A stretch of 64,000 nucleotides of DNA from Podarcis liolepis. Lineage: Eukaryota. Position numbers and translations under genes: made by a program. Position 1 is the first letter of the stretch; each line of letters starts with the position of its first letter. The stretch lies in NCBI GenBank assembly GCA_965112155.1, contig OZ218101.1. One strand, written 5' to 3'. Of this stretch, positions 1 through 30,495 are shown one piece after another. A model generated the notes under the pieces. That model did no database searches, was not told the DNA's origin, and saw only the letters and a list, made by a program, of their open reading frames with translations.

Positions 1-484
1 TAGTGTAGCCAGGATACTACTTGGCAGGGTGTGGTGGATTCCTGCCTTGTCAGGATACTCTTCTTCCTTTCCTTTGTGGAGCCCAAATGCATATGCAATC
101 CTTTAGCCAGTGTAGATAAATGTAGACTCTTGACTAATAGGACCGCCCTCATTGAGAGGGGGCACTTTTTTGTAATGTTGGTCTGATTGGATCACATTCC
201 CTGAGCTAAGGTAAACTTGGCTTATAGAGACAGGACATTTATCATGAAGCAATCAATGTAACTCTTTAGATACTTGTTTCCCGGATGCTTCCAGTTTGCC
301 TCCTTTTTCTGAATAAACCAATTCCATTCTAAACTCTTACGAACACAGCTGAGGTAAAGCATATCCCAGGCTCCTGCAGCAAGCAGATGACCCAACAGTT
401 TATTTATTAAATTTGTATCCCGCCCACCCACTCCAAGGTGCTCAGGGTGACAAAAAACAAGTGAATAAAAACACATTTGGGGGC

Positions 485-908
485 AACATAGGAAGCTGCC
501 TTATACTGAGTCAGACCATTGATCTACCGTATTTTTCCCTCTATAAGATGCACTAGACCACAAGACGCACCTAGTTTTTGGAGGAGGAAAACAAAACAAA
601 CAAATTCTGAATCTCAGAAGCCAGAACAGCAAGAGGGATCGCTGTGCAGTGAAAGCAGCAATCCCTCTTGCTGTTCTGGCTTCTGGGATAGCTGCGCAGC
701 CTGCATTCGCTCCATAAGACGCACACACATTTCCCCTTACTTTTTAGGAAGGAAAAAGTGAGTCTTATAGAGCAAAAAATACGGTATTTAGCTCAGTGTT
801 GTCACTTGCTAGCAAATGCTCTCCAGGATTTCCAGTCTTTCCTGGAGACGCCAGGGATTGAACCTGGGGACTTCTGCATGCAAAGCAGATGCTCTACCAT
901 TAAGCTAC
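485..908 (-). mobile_element. tRNA-derived squamate SINE (Squam3-like), interrupted by a MITE
   Basis: Minus-strand tRNA-like head GTAGCTTAATGGTAGAGC...GGTTCAATCCC; same body and tail as the copy at 3140-3528. Confidence 0.7.
527..784. mobile_element. Tc2/mariner-type MITE
   Basis: TIRs CCGTATTTTT...TATAAGA / TCTTATA...AAAAATACGG; TA target-site duplication. Confidence 0.85.
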
Positions 909-3139
909 TGGTGACTGCACCTTCTCCAGCACTAACATGTAACTATATTGGTGTAAACCTTTCAAGCAGTAGTGCTGTGCTCTGCTGGTCCAAGTGATTT
1001 AGTCTCAATCTCTATTCCTGCATAAGTCATAACTAGACAAAAAGATCATACTGTTGTTAAAAACAGTGTTATTTTTCTAGAAAAAGAGGTGCTGGAACTC
1101 ATCATGAATACCTCCCTCATTCTCTTAGAATTGCAATGGAACCTACCTGGTTGGTGCTGGAACTGAGTTCCAGTGAGTTATGGCTGAAAAAAATCCCGGT
1201 TTAGAATGATTTTTTAAAGAACATTAATCTATAGGTGCCACCCCCCACCCTCCATCCTCCCAAATAATGCTTGGAAAGCAGAGTAATCATGGTACAAGCT
1301 ATTCTGTGTTGTTCTGCCTTCTGCATAAAGCAAACACAGCTGCACAAAAATATCCTCAGGGTTTCTCAGGCAAAAATTAGCTTGCTTAAAGAAGGTGAAC
1401 TTCAATAATGGAGCTTTTAGAATGTAGGCCAAACAGCAGTAAATGTTCAAGTCATGCATAAAACCAAGAGAGGGCATCAAAGCAGATGTAATTAAAGTTC
1501 AAGGTTCTGTGCGTAGGCATACGGTATTAAGGCTGCTGGCAAGCAGAGAGCTGTTATGTAGTGAGGCCATTTTCTCCAGTAAGAAGGCATTTTGCTGTTA
1601 TAAACAACAAATTTCCTTCAAAACACCTGGTGACCATAATATAAAAGAACCATCCCTGTACAACTTAGGATGGCATTGATACCTCAGCTGGAAGCTGCAC
1701 TATATGCTTAGTCTGCAGACTTTGGGGGACTGCATCAATAAGAACCCACTTGTCAGGCAGTCCCTTGCTTCTATAGCTTGGCTCTTCTGGTTCCTTCTGG
1801 ATGGTGTCTTTAACAATATCCACTAAATTCTTGTCCTGGTCACCAGCTCCACTGTATAGCATATTACTTTCTTGTTCAATTCTCTTCCTTCCCATCAGAA
1901 TTCCTTCCTAGCATATAAACTTGGGTGCAAGATCCCTCATTCTACTAAATCTGCAGGCTAATGCAAGTCACACAAAGGATTGCAGCTCTTCCCATTCGTA
2001 GAAAACTGGATTAACCTCCTTTACTTTGATTTTTAAAAAACCTTCGATTCTGGTTATCATTGCTTTTAAGTGCAAATTAACTATGTTATGCACATTTCAA
2101 AAAATTGCACATTTATTCCATTTGCAGTACAGCGTTTCTGGGAAATTGACCTGAGGTTTATAGCACAGAATTATGGAACCACTCACATGGAGTGAAGCAG
2201 AGCTCATAATTCACATACGAAAAAGTATCATGCCGGATCAGACCAACGGTCCATATATGTTCCTCTAGACGTAGGGGAACCAAACACTGCCTGCCAGCTG
2301 ACAGGGCTTTACAGAGCCGCATGTCTGGGGCAGAGGTGGGAGGCTGGATGGTTGCTGCATGAGCTCCTGGCTGGTGCTTCGTTTGGGCCTGGTTGAAGCT
2401 TGCTGTCATCACACAACGTCAGTAGGACTGGCTCAGGATTCCACAGATCCCCTCACTGCCTCTCAAGGTTCCAAGCGGAGGTTCCAATGAATGGAGGTAC
2501 CATGGGCAGGCTTTATTCATCTTCCAATCGGGACACTGAGGGCTTCAGTACCTTGAGTAGGCTGGGAAATGAAGCCCTGTGGTTACTTAGACACCCTCCA
2601 TCACTTCCCTGGAATGTTCAGACATGTTCTCTCCCCTGGCAAGTTCTCTGTATCTAGGAGGAGATGTACCTAGAAGGAGGAGTGATGTGCAGGATAGGCT
2701 CAGGCAGAAGAAAATGGCACACAATGCGTTATCACATTTATGTGTTGTTCAGGGGTGCCAACTTGAATAAAATATTGGGGGGGGGGGTCAGGTAAGCCCC
2801 ACCCCACATAAGTGATCACATGATGTGGCACGTGCACATCATTTGAATGGTAATGCTGATCAACTTCAGGGGGGGGGGCTCGGTCCCTTCAAATATTTTA
2901 TTGGGAGACCAAAGGGACCTAGGCCCCTAGGAATTGGCTCCTATGGTGTTTTTGTTTTAAAAAAAGTGTGGCTGTGGAAGCGCCCTATCTGGATTGAACT
3001 CCAAGGGGGCTTTAACCATTTCCCATGATCTCTATTTTCCCCTATGAAAATTGCTCCCCCAAGCTTCTATTGGCCCCAGAAAGGAAACTGAAATTTGCAG
3101 CTATAGTGCAAAGGGGGGGGGGCTCCCCACTCTCCCAAA

Positions 3140-3528
3140 GGACTGTAGCTCAGTGAGAGAGCATTTACTTTGTATGCAGAAGGTTCCTGGATTCATCTCT
3201 AGGTAGGAGTAGGAATAGGGTTGCCTGAAAGTTGCTGAGGGTTTTTCAGGAAGACCCCAAAAATTCCAAAAAAAGAGAGCGCTTTTTTGATTGACTTGCC
3301 TAAGGTCCAGGACAAAGTGCCACCTCTCAGAAATTCCCCCTGGAATTTCTATTCCGCCTTTGAAATCCTGGTACTGTCTGGGAAAATCCGGGTACATGGC
3401 AGCCCTAAGTAGAAAAGTCTCCTCACTTAAAACCCTGGAGAGCTGCTGCCAGACAGTGTGTACAATACTAAGCTTAATGGACCAGTGGCCTGACTCCAAG
3501 TAGATGTAAAGCAGCTTCCTGTGTCCCT
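3140..3528 (+). mobile_element. Squam3-like SINE containing an hAT MITE at 3216-3407
   Basis: tRNA-like head; inner TIRs TAGGGTTGCC/GGCAGCCCTA with near-perfect 8-bp TSD AGTAGGAA/AGTAGAAA. Confidence 0.7.
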
Positions 3529-3531
3529 GCA

Positions 3532-3750
3532 CATGGGTCGGCAAACTAAGGCCCGGGGGCCCAATCTGGCCCAATCGCCTTCTAAATCAGCGTGTTTTTA
3601 CATGAGTAGAATGTGTGCTTTTATTTAAAATGCATCTCTGGGTTATTTGTGGGGCACAGGAATTCGTTCACCCCCCCCAATATAGTCCGCCCTCCCACAA
3701 GGTCTGAGGGACCGTGGACCGGCCCCCTGCTGAAAAAGTTTGCTGACCTG
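3532..3750. mobile_element. hAT-family MITE
   Basis: Imperfect TIRs CATGGGTCGGCAAACT/AGTTTGCTGACCTG; perfect 8-bp TSD TCCCTGCA. Confidence 0.85.
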
Positions 3751-5201
3751 TCCCTGCATTTCAAAGAGCAGCTTTCACAGTAGCAGAGGAAATAATTAAT
3801 TTCCCCTTCCATGCCTGTAGTGACCCTGATCATTATCACATGCCCCAGTTGGTTGATATTTTCATTTTAAAAGCAACAACCCTGCAGGCTAAATGCAAAG
3901 ATACATTTAGCATTGTATCATATGAGAGGAGGAAATGATAACTAGCATACTTGTGGCAGCCTGCTCCACCCTTCTTCTTCTTCTTTTGCCAAATTATCAG
4001 AGCATACCTTTTTAACCTCACACCCCATGCTCCATCCTACATCAGTCTGAAGTCTCCTGGTGCTCAGCAACATTCCATGTGGCGGCTACTGAATGAAACT
4101 CTCTTGGAAAATATAATTGTTTCAGAATAACAGGTCACTCCACTTCATCTAGAACACTTTGCCCTGGCAGTTTTCTAGGTATCTGTTTAGCTGGGAGAAC
4201 AAGCAAACCAGGAAGTTGAATCTGAGAACTGATTCACACAGTCAGGCTACTCGAATCACAAGCACAAGCAATCGTGGCATTTCATGATCATGCAGAGGGA
4301 AACCATGGCCAGATTCAGGGTGGTGTGGGTACCAAGCCGAGGGGCCACAAAATAGTAACAAAAAATAATTTAAAGAATTAGGAATTACTGTGAAAATAAG
4401 AAGTATTTTTTTGGGGGGGACGAGGGAATAAAATTTGGTCCATGCTCAGAATGCCATATGACCAAAATCGGCCCCTGCAAACTGGAAGAGGTGAGTGAAG
4501 AGCTAAGGAATACGACTGCAGCTGCTTGCATATATGTGCTCTCACCATCAGTACATGGTCATATGGGATGGCTGCATTGAGGAGGGGCTGGAGGATGGTG
4601 GGCTAAGCCCCCTTCCACATCCAACCGCATGGACTATGAGAAATATCTGTTTTCACAGCCAGCAGCTTTCCCACACCTTTCTCTTGCCTCTGGGTTGTGA
4701 GCAGCAGATGGGAAGGAGGGACAACTCTGCAGAAAAGGTTCCGGTTTGGGCTTGAGGGTCTTCCGTTGTGCAGCATGATCCATAAAGTAAGGGAACTGAC
4801 TGCAAAACAACCCAAGGTCTTTACCATAGCATTATACGGTATTAACCAACATAGATGGCTATCAGTTATTATTGGCTAGTGTTGAGAGATTCCCACAAGA
4901 GCCTGTCCAGTGTTCAGGCATGATGAGAGTTGTACTCCAGCAGCTTCCAAGATATCCAGCAGCAGTGGAAGCCACCCCTGTTTTCAATGCTATTTTATCT
5001 GTTGTGGCCTGTCTTTGATTTGACCCATTCCCTATTCGTGTGCCTTTTGTGTGGGCTGATTCAGAATGTTATTTCTCTCACACACAGTTCCTTATTCAAC
5101 ACAAGAAATAATAAAGGAGACATAATACGTTTGCACACCTCTCCCCACCCAAAAGTCCCTCATTTGGAACAGCTGAAGTCATACACCTTCAGGTCCATGA
5201 G

Positions 5202-5324
5202 CATGGGCATAGCAGGGGGGGGTAGGGAGAGGCTGCTGCCCCCCCAGTCAATAAAAATACATTAGTGGGGGGCAGGCCCTAATAAAAAGCCTGCTTCCCA
5301 CTAAAAATCCTGGCTATGCCCATG
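5202..5324. mobile_element. Short hAT-type MITE
   Basis: TIRs CATGGGCATAGC/GCTATGCCCATG; partial TSD TCCATG. Confidence 0.7.
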
Positions 5325-5525
5325 TCCATGTCTGATGTCAGAGATGCTGTAGGATAGGGTCTGATCCAAATCTTCCTTTTTTCCTCACAACACTCCAAAG
5401 CTTCATATTTAAAAGGCTGAGCACGGTTAAAACAATTTTGGCCCACTAAAAAAGGAACTGCTCTGGTTCTTCCAAAATGGATTTTTAAGTGGTGGCAGGT
5501 TTATAAATACTGTTACACTCTGTTT

Positions 5526-5526
<1 letters not shown>

Positions 5527-5568
<42 letters not shown>
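5527..5568. repeat. (CA)n microsatellite
   Basis: Uninterrupted CA run. Confidence 0.95.
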
Positions 5569-5570
<2 letters not shown>

Positions 5571-5667
5571 GAATGGCAGCACAAAACCAGAAAACTGCAC
5601 AAGCAAACAACTCTAAAAATTGTGCACGGAGAATCTGCTTGTGTGCTTTTGCACACTTACTGGGCAG

Positions 5668-6285
5668 CTTCTTCTTTTTATTCTTTATCTTTTAAAATAT
5701 ATTTTTATTGAAATTTTCTGGTTTACAAAAGCATGTGCAATGCCTCTTTTTCAAGTTACATTTTCTACAGATCAGTTTCATTTGTTGAGACATTGGTATT
5801 ACATTAGGAAGAAATGGGGGAAACAGGTGGAGGGGGGATGGTAAAGGGTGTGTGTGGGTTGGGTGGCAATGCTACTGTATTCCTGTTTGGTGTGTGTGTG
5901 CCACTTATGTGGGTTCTCTTTACTAATTGCATGTATTTCTTTGGGGTTTAGAGAGGTTGGGGGTGGCCTAGCCTAGGGTGTGGCTGGTTGTCTTTGGCTG
6001 TAGTAAAAATTGTTTTCATGTGTGAGTGGGCTGGGTGGGTGTTTTTAGATCAGGTTAGCCAGATTGATTTGAATGCTGTTGTTGTTGTCTTGTTGGGCTG
6101 TGTATGTGATAAAGGGTAACCATACCGGGGTGAAGGCGTCTTCTTCTATTTGTCCCCACGTCAGTTTCAGTTTGTTGGTTAGTTTTTCTAATAAGGCTGT
6201 TTCCCATACTATTTGACACCATTGGTCTATGCTTGCTCCTGACAGGTCTCTCCAGTGTCCGGCTATGATGCTTCTGGCTGCTGGA
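5668..6285 (-). mobile_element. L1-clade LINE 3' fragment (approximate ends)
   Basis: Minus-strand AARSIIAGHW...W...EKLT...F...WLPF resembles the L1 ORF2 C-terminus, followed by an A-rich tail. Confidence 0.6.
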
Positions 6286-6372
6286 GTAGGTGTGTTATGA
6301 GCGGGCATTATTAGCTGCTTCTTTTTTAAGGTACATATGCAGCTAACTGTCTGCATACTCTGTCAGTACTTA

Positions 6373-7227
6373 CAGTGGTGCCTTGCAAGACGAAATTAAT
6401 TCGTTCCGCAAGTCTCTTCATCTTGCGGTTTTTTCGTCTTGCGATGCACGGTTTCCCATAGGAATGCATTGAAAATCAATTAATGCGTTCCTAGGGAAAC
6501 CACCTTCAGACCAGGTCCGGGGACAGTCTGTCCCCGGACCTCTTCTGAAGGCTGGGGGGGGGGGACGACAAGGGCTTTTCTTCCCACCCCCAGCATTTAA
6601 AAAAACCCCGGGACAGCCGAGGACTTCTCCGCTGTCCGGGCGATCTTAAAATGCTGGCGGGCGGCATTTTAAAATCGCCCCGGGACAGCGGAGGACTTCT
6701 CCGCTGTCCGGGGTGATTTAAAAGCCCCTGGGAAGGCAGGCAGGGGGGGACAAAGACTTTTGCCCCCCGCCAGCCTTCAGAAGAGGTCCTGGACCTCTTC
6801 TGAAGGCGGGCGGGGGGCGAAAGTCTTTGCTCCCCCCCGCCTGCCTTCAAAAGCCCTCCGGGACAGGCAGGCAGGGGGGAGCAAAGACTTTCGCCCCCTG
6901 CCTGCCTTCAGAAGGTGTTCCCTCCCCCCCGCCCAGCTTCGGAGCACCGGGAGAAGCGATCTCCCCGCAGCCCCTTGCTTCAAAAGAGGTCCGGGGGCAG
7001 CGGGAAGCGCTTCCCGCTGTCCCCGGACCTGGGGCTGCGGGGAGAAGATCGCTTCTCCCCGCCGCCCCTTGCTTCAAAAGAGAAGACCCGCTGTCCCCGG
7101 GGCAAGCTTCGTTTTGCGAAGCAAGCCCATAGGGAAATTCGTCTTGCGAGGCAACTCGAAAACGAAAAAACCTTTCATTTTGCGAGTTTTTCGTCTCGCG
7201 AGGCGTTCGTCTTGCGGGGTACCACTG
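6373..7227. mobile_element. Non-autonomous Tigger/pogo-type DNA transposon with GC-rich internal repeats
   Basis: TIRs CAGTGGTGCCTTGCAAGACGAA / TTCGTCTTGCGGGGTACCACTG; TA TSD. Confidence 0.88.
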
Positions 7228-9402
7228 TAATTGGTATAATAGAGTCAACAAATTAGAAGGCAGAGACAAACGCAAACGCACTGGATGTCATCCACAGGCG
7301 GAGGACTAGCTCCAGGTCCTGCTAGCAGACAGAAAAAAACAGGGAGAATTTGTTGTCCTTGCCTCACTTTGCTAACATACAAAGGACCATCCATAACGTA
7401 TGAAAATAGTCCAGGCTGCTAAGCTAAATGGCAGAATCCTGGCAATGTTACATTTTTCATGCTTGTGTGTGACCCTAGGAACATGGAATTTAAGAAAGGC
7501 TGTGTGTATCCTACAGTACTGTGGAAGGATGCTGGGCATGATACTGAACAGAGAAGGCAGCATCCTGAGCATTTCAGCTTTCTCGCTCTCTTTTTTTAAA
7601 AAAGCAAGTTTCTAGTTGGGCTCGAAAGTATACTGCAGTTCTTAATGAACTCTCAGAAGCCAGAGAATTTCCAAATAAAGTTTTGGAGTGCTCCTAGGGC
7701 CTAATTTCTTGTTCTTCTCCATGACCAGCAAATGTTAATTGCATGCATGTAGATTCAGAAGCCCTACTTTGTTCAATGGACTTATTCTCAGGAAAATGTG
7801 CACAGGATTCACATATCAATTTGCATAATTTACAGCTTTTGTGGAAGCCAGCTTTAAAACAACATGGAGAGCACCATGCTTAGTTATACAAGCATTGTTA
7901 CTTCCTTTGTTCAGGCAGTAGGTTTTGTATGTGTGTCTGCAGAGATAGACATTTACCAGCTGCTGCTGTTGAGCCACTTACAGTGCTCCTTCTGGTCCCC
8001 CAAAACAGCAATAAAGCCTTTATTATTGTCTTTATCCAGGCCTTTCTTCCTCCATCCAGTGGATAACTGTCAGAAGGCTAATTTCCCTGCATCTCAGGGC
8101 TCTATGGTTTAAGACCATGAACTGATGCTTGGGCAATCTCAGGATGGAGTGGCATACCTCCTCCCCTCCAAATATTCCACAATGTTCATCCAAACTACAT
8201 GAGATGCATCACAGGAAATTAGCAACTCTTTCACAAGACATTCACATTTAGAATAACCCATGAACCAAACCAAACCAGTTGTTTCTTTAACTTCCAGTAA
8301 AGTGTATATAGAACTGTACCCTTAGTGCTAGGAGCTGAAAAGTTCACATAAGTGGCCCTGATGCACATATGATGCATATACTGGTAAACCCAGTTTTTTT
8401 AGTGTTGAGAAATATAATTATTTTGTAGTTTCCTCAGCAAAAAGGGGGCTTTGCAACTTGAGTTGTAAATATATATTGCCAAGTGAATTTACAAGCACTG
8501 CGAGATAGGACCAATTTATTCCTTCAAGAGACAAAAAGAATCCTAATACACAACTCATATGAATACACACATTTGCCTCAGAACAAGGGGCACTTGCAGC
8601 ACTCTTTTATTTTGATGGGACTTACTAAAATAAATTTGCCTAAGATCATACTGTGTCAGATAGTGCAAATGTGAAGTTAGCATGTATACACGGGGAGAAA
8701 CTACCGGTAACTTTTTGAGTATACAAAGATCTACTGAAGTAAGCCAACAATGTCAAATTGCTTTTCCTCAGGTGATTAGGGGACGAAGTTTGGGGGGGGG
8801 GTACTATGAGCTATGCTCCTTTGTTAAAATGCGTCCAAGGCGACAGGCATTCTGGAGAAGCATCCTGAAGAGCTAAAAATACTGGGCGGCCTCTCAGCCC
8901 TTGACCTCTGGGGTCAGAAGCCTCCCGCACTTAAGACGGCAGAGGCCAAACTCCTCCTTGCAATGGAAGACAGCATTTTCCATAGGCAAATGATGCGAGA
9001 GGCCCAGACAAGGTCATCGCTATGCATCCTTTCTTTGCAGAGGGTTTTTTGTGACCAAGCGAAGAAACGGCATTAGGCGCCAGAGGGAAGGGGGTGGAAA
9101 AGGCGCAAGAAGGGGAACTCCGCCAGGAGGCCATCGCCTCCTCATTGTTTAGGGGTTACAGGGCGTCGGGAGGGCTGCTGGCCGCGCTGCTGGTTGCCAG
9201 GCGACCCCTCCTAGGTCACACACAAGGCAGAAGCGAGTCGCGCAACGCCACTCTGACGTTACCGCCAACTCTCGTGCTGCTTCTCGCAATCCTCGGGACA
9301 TAGGCGGCTGCCTAGCCGCCTCGACTCTCCACTTTGGGTCCCTCACACTACATCCCCACCCCCACCCGAAGGCTGCGCCACTTCAGCAGCCGCATACAGC
9401 CT

Positions 9403-9499
9403 AAGATGGCGGCAGGACCGAACGGAAATGCCCACGTGACCTAGGGAGCCCCTCTCTGTTCCCAGAGCCTTATTTCATTTGGACAGAAATCTCGCGAGA
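9403..9499 (+). promoter_or_regulatory. Upstream motif cluster: YY1 (AAGATGGCGGC 9403-9413), ETS-like (CGGAAATG 9423-9430), E-box (CACGTGAC 9433-9440), BANP/CGCG element (TCTCGCGAGA 9490-9499)
   Basis: Close matches to well-known CpG-island promoter motifs. Confidence 0.7.
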
Positions 9500-9853
9500 T
9501 CTCAAAGAAAACGAGGAGGGGGGGTGACTCACCAGTCTTTACGAAACGAAACGGGAGGGAGGGGAAGGCAAACCAGGGCGGGGAGGGGTAGAGATCTCGC
9601 GCGAGCAGCGCTGTAAACATTGTGTGAAGAAACCTCGCGATAACACCTAGATCCTCCTGAATCGGGAGGAGTCCGCAGCCTCCCTAGTTCTCGCGGTAGC
9701 CTTGGGATTTCTTCGCCCTCCCCCCACCTCTTTATGCGGAGCGGAGAGTTCTCCCCGCGATACCTTTTGCTGCAAGCAGAGGTGGGGGGAGGGGATCGAG
9801 AGGAGGAAGAAGGGGCGTGGTTTGCGCGCTGAAGTCAGCACGGCGGCTGCGAG

Positions 9854-9903
9854 GGGGCGGAGGAATATATAAGGGCCCGGGCCGAACTGGGGGGGTTTCA
9901 GTT
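9854..9903 (+). promoter_or_regulatory. DDX3X core promoter: GC box, TATA box (TATATAAG 9866-9873), Inr TCAGTT (A at 9900)
   Basis: GGGGCGGAGG then TATA about 32 nt upstream of an Inr; no ATG between 9900 and 10022. Confidence 0.75.
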
Positions 9904-10021
9904 AGAGACGCGATTCCGAGGCGAAGTAGCGGCGAAAGCGACAGCGGCCCAGGCTAGTTCTACGTCTAGTGAATCCGAATTTCTCTACGCGGAGCGGGAC
10001 CTCCCGACACGATCTCTCGTT

Positions 10022-28062
<18,041 letters not shown>

Positions 28063-30495
28063 TCTGCTTGCTGCNNNNNNNNNNNNNNNNNNNNNNNNNN
28101 NNNNNNNNNNNNNNNNNNNNNNNNNNNNNNNNNNNNNNNNNNNNNNNNNNNNNNNNNNNNNNNNNNNNNNNNNNNNNNNNNNNNNNNNNNNNNNNNNNNN
28201 NNNNNNNNNNNNNNNNNNNNNNNNNNNCAGAAGCCCTACTTTGAAGGTTTAAAGACTCCATTGTAGTTGAGATTAACTCCTCCACCCCCCTACTCCCAGA
28301 CTGTATTTATAATTTTGTGACTGAGGATCATTTGTTAATGTACTGTGCCTTTAACTTTAGACAACTTTTTATTTTGATGTCCTGTTGGCTCAGTAATGCC
28401 CAAGATTATCAATTGTCTTGACAAAATTACTCTACTTGGGCTTTAAAAAAATCAAACCTTGGCACGCAGGTGTGATACAACTTACAGGAATCATTGATTC
28501 ATCCACTTTATACTACAAAAAAAAACTTGTGCGGTGGCCTGCATTAGGGCTTTGATACTCAGATTTGAAAAAATAAAACATCTTGAAGCATATCAATGGA
28601 ATTAGTTTCTAATGTGGCAAAACTGTACTAAGTTAAAGTTGATTTGCTCACTCTATCCTGGATAGGTACTTAGAACCTGATAGTCTTTAATAAGCCATTC
28701 CAGTCATGATGATGATGATGATGATGTATGGATACATGCATACAAGCACTGTTTTAAAGTTAATGCAAGTAAACACAGCAATTCCAGTGTTTAGGCAGAT
28801 TATTAATGTGAGCTAGCCAAATGGAGGCGGAACATTACAGGGAATGTTTAAAGGTCTGAACTTGAAATAGTTTTTAGGAGAATTCATCTACTTAGACTTT
28901 TCAAAATTGCCTGCCATATTAAAATTGAAATGGTAGAATGGCTGACCACAACAGTGATGGGTCCACCTTTTAAGGGCCTGACTGATNNNNNNNNNNNNNN
29001 NNNNNNNNNNNNNNNNNNNNNNNNNNNNNNNNNNNNNNNNNNNNNNNNNNNNNNNNNNNNNNNNNNNNNNNNNNNNNNNNNNNNNNNNNNNNNNNNNNNN
29101 NNNNNNNNNNNNNNNACTGGCTTACTGTAGACTTGTAAAATGGCTCCAGAAGAGTAACAAATTCTGAGATCACAAAGGTTGGAATGTACATAACTGCACA
29201 AGGTTTCAATTCTGCTATCAAGTGCAGTTTTAGTCAGTTTTAGTTGCATAGGTTTCCATTGTATTTAGTCTGTTATGCTGAATCTGGCCAAAGATAAGTA
29301 TTTCCAACAGTAAAATGCCTCTGCCACTTAGTTTCTCTGAGCTATCTTCTGCGGCCAGAGCTGTTACCAACTCTTAGTCTAAGTGGCATAGGACAACAGC
29401 AAAATCTCCTAANNNNNNNNNNNNNNNNNNNNNNNNNNNNNNNNNNNNNNNNNNNNNNNNNNNNNNNNNNNNNNNNNNNNNNNNNNNNNNNNNNNNNNNN
29501 NNNNNNNNNNNNNNNNNNNNNNNNNNNNNNNNNNNNNNNNNNNNNNNNNNNNNNNNNNNNNNNNNNNNNNNNNNNNNNNNNNNNNNNNNNNNNNNNNNNN
29601 NNNNNNNNNNNNNNNNNNNNNNNNNNNNNNNNNNNNNNNNNNNNNNNNNNNNNNNCTTGTCTAAGGAGGAGGAACTAGATTCTAAAACTGGGACCATGGG
29701 AATAATGNNNNNNNNNNNNNNNNNNNNNNNNNNNNNNNNNNNNNNNNNNNNNNNNNNNNNNNNNNNNNNNNNNNNNNNNNNNNNNNNNNNNNNNNNNNNN
29801 NNNNNNNNNNNNNNNNNNNNNNNNNNNNNNNNNNNNNNNNNNNNNNNNNNNNNNNNNNNNNNNNNNNNNNNNNNNNNNNNNNNNNNNNNNNNNNNNNNNN
29901 NNNNNNNNNNNNNNNNNNNNNNNNNNNNNNNNNNNNNNNNNNNNNNNNNNNNNNNNNNNNNNNNNNNNNNNNNNNNNNNNNNNNNNNNNNNNNNNNNNNN
30001 NNNNNNCTGATAGTAAAACAAAAATTGGCAACTTTAAAATTAAACATGCCAAGGTTTTGATACACTTGTCTTAAGATATTAATGAAACACTTCAAAACAC
30101 TGACGTGAAGTGTCCAGATTCTCAGATGTTTGTTGCGTGAGTTTTTGTNNNNNNNNNNNNNNNNNNNNNNNNNNNNNNNNNNNNNNNNNNNNNNNNNNNN
30201 NNNNNNNNNNNNNNNNNNNNNNNNNNNNNNNNNNNNNNNNNNNNNNNNNNNNNNNNNNNNNNNNNNNNNNNNNNNNAGCCAGCAATATTATTCAGTTCAG
30301 ATAAGGATTCAATCATATGCAAAGAATGGGTTTAATCATATGCAATGAACGGATTTAAACTTGCTGAATGTAAAGATTTGAACTTCAAGTCACTGTAGGT
30401 TTAGTAATTGCTTATTGTATTAGTTTAGATGCTAGCACTGCATGTGCTGTGCATTGCTCTCAATTTTAATAAAATAAAAAGTTGAAATGCACTTT
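28063..30495 (+). other. DDX3X: DDX3X 3'UTR (about 2.4 kb) with proximal AATAAA 28572-28577 and distal AATAAA 30468-30478
   Basis: Follows the stop codon; TE-free, AU-rich; overlapping distal AATAAA followed by U/GU-rich sequence. Confidence 0.8.

Noticed and set aside
222-2657. Short protein-like ORFs (222-476, 1665-1895, 2158-2412)
   Set aside because: No recognisable family, no consistent splice chain, and nearby stops; possibly decayed TE sequence, but not supportable without a search.
6506-7281. Overlapping ORFs of 68-156 aa
   Set aside because: They lie within the repetitive interior of a non-autonomous transposon and have no transposase motifs.
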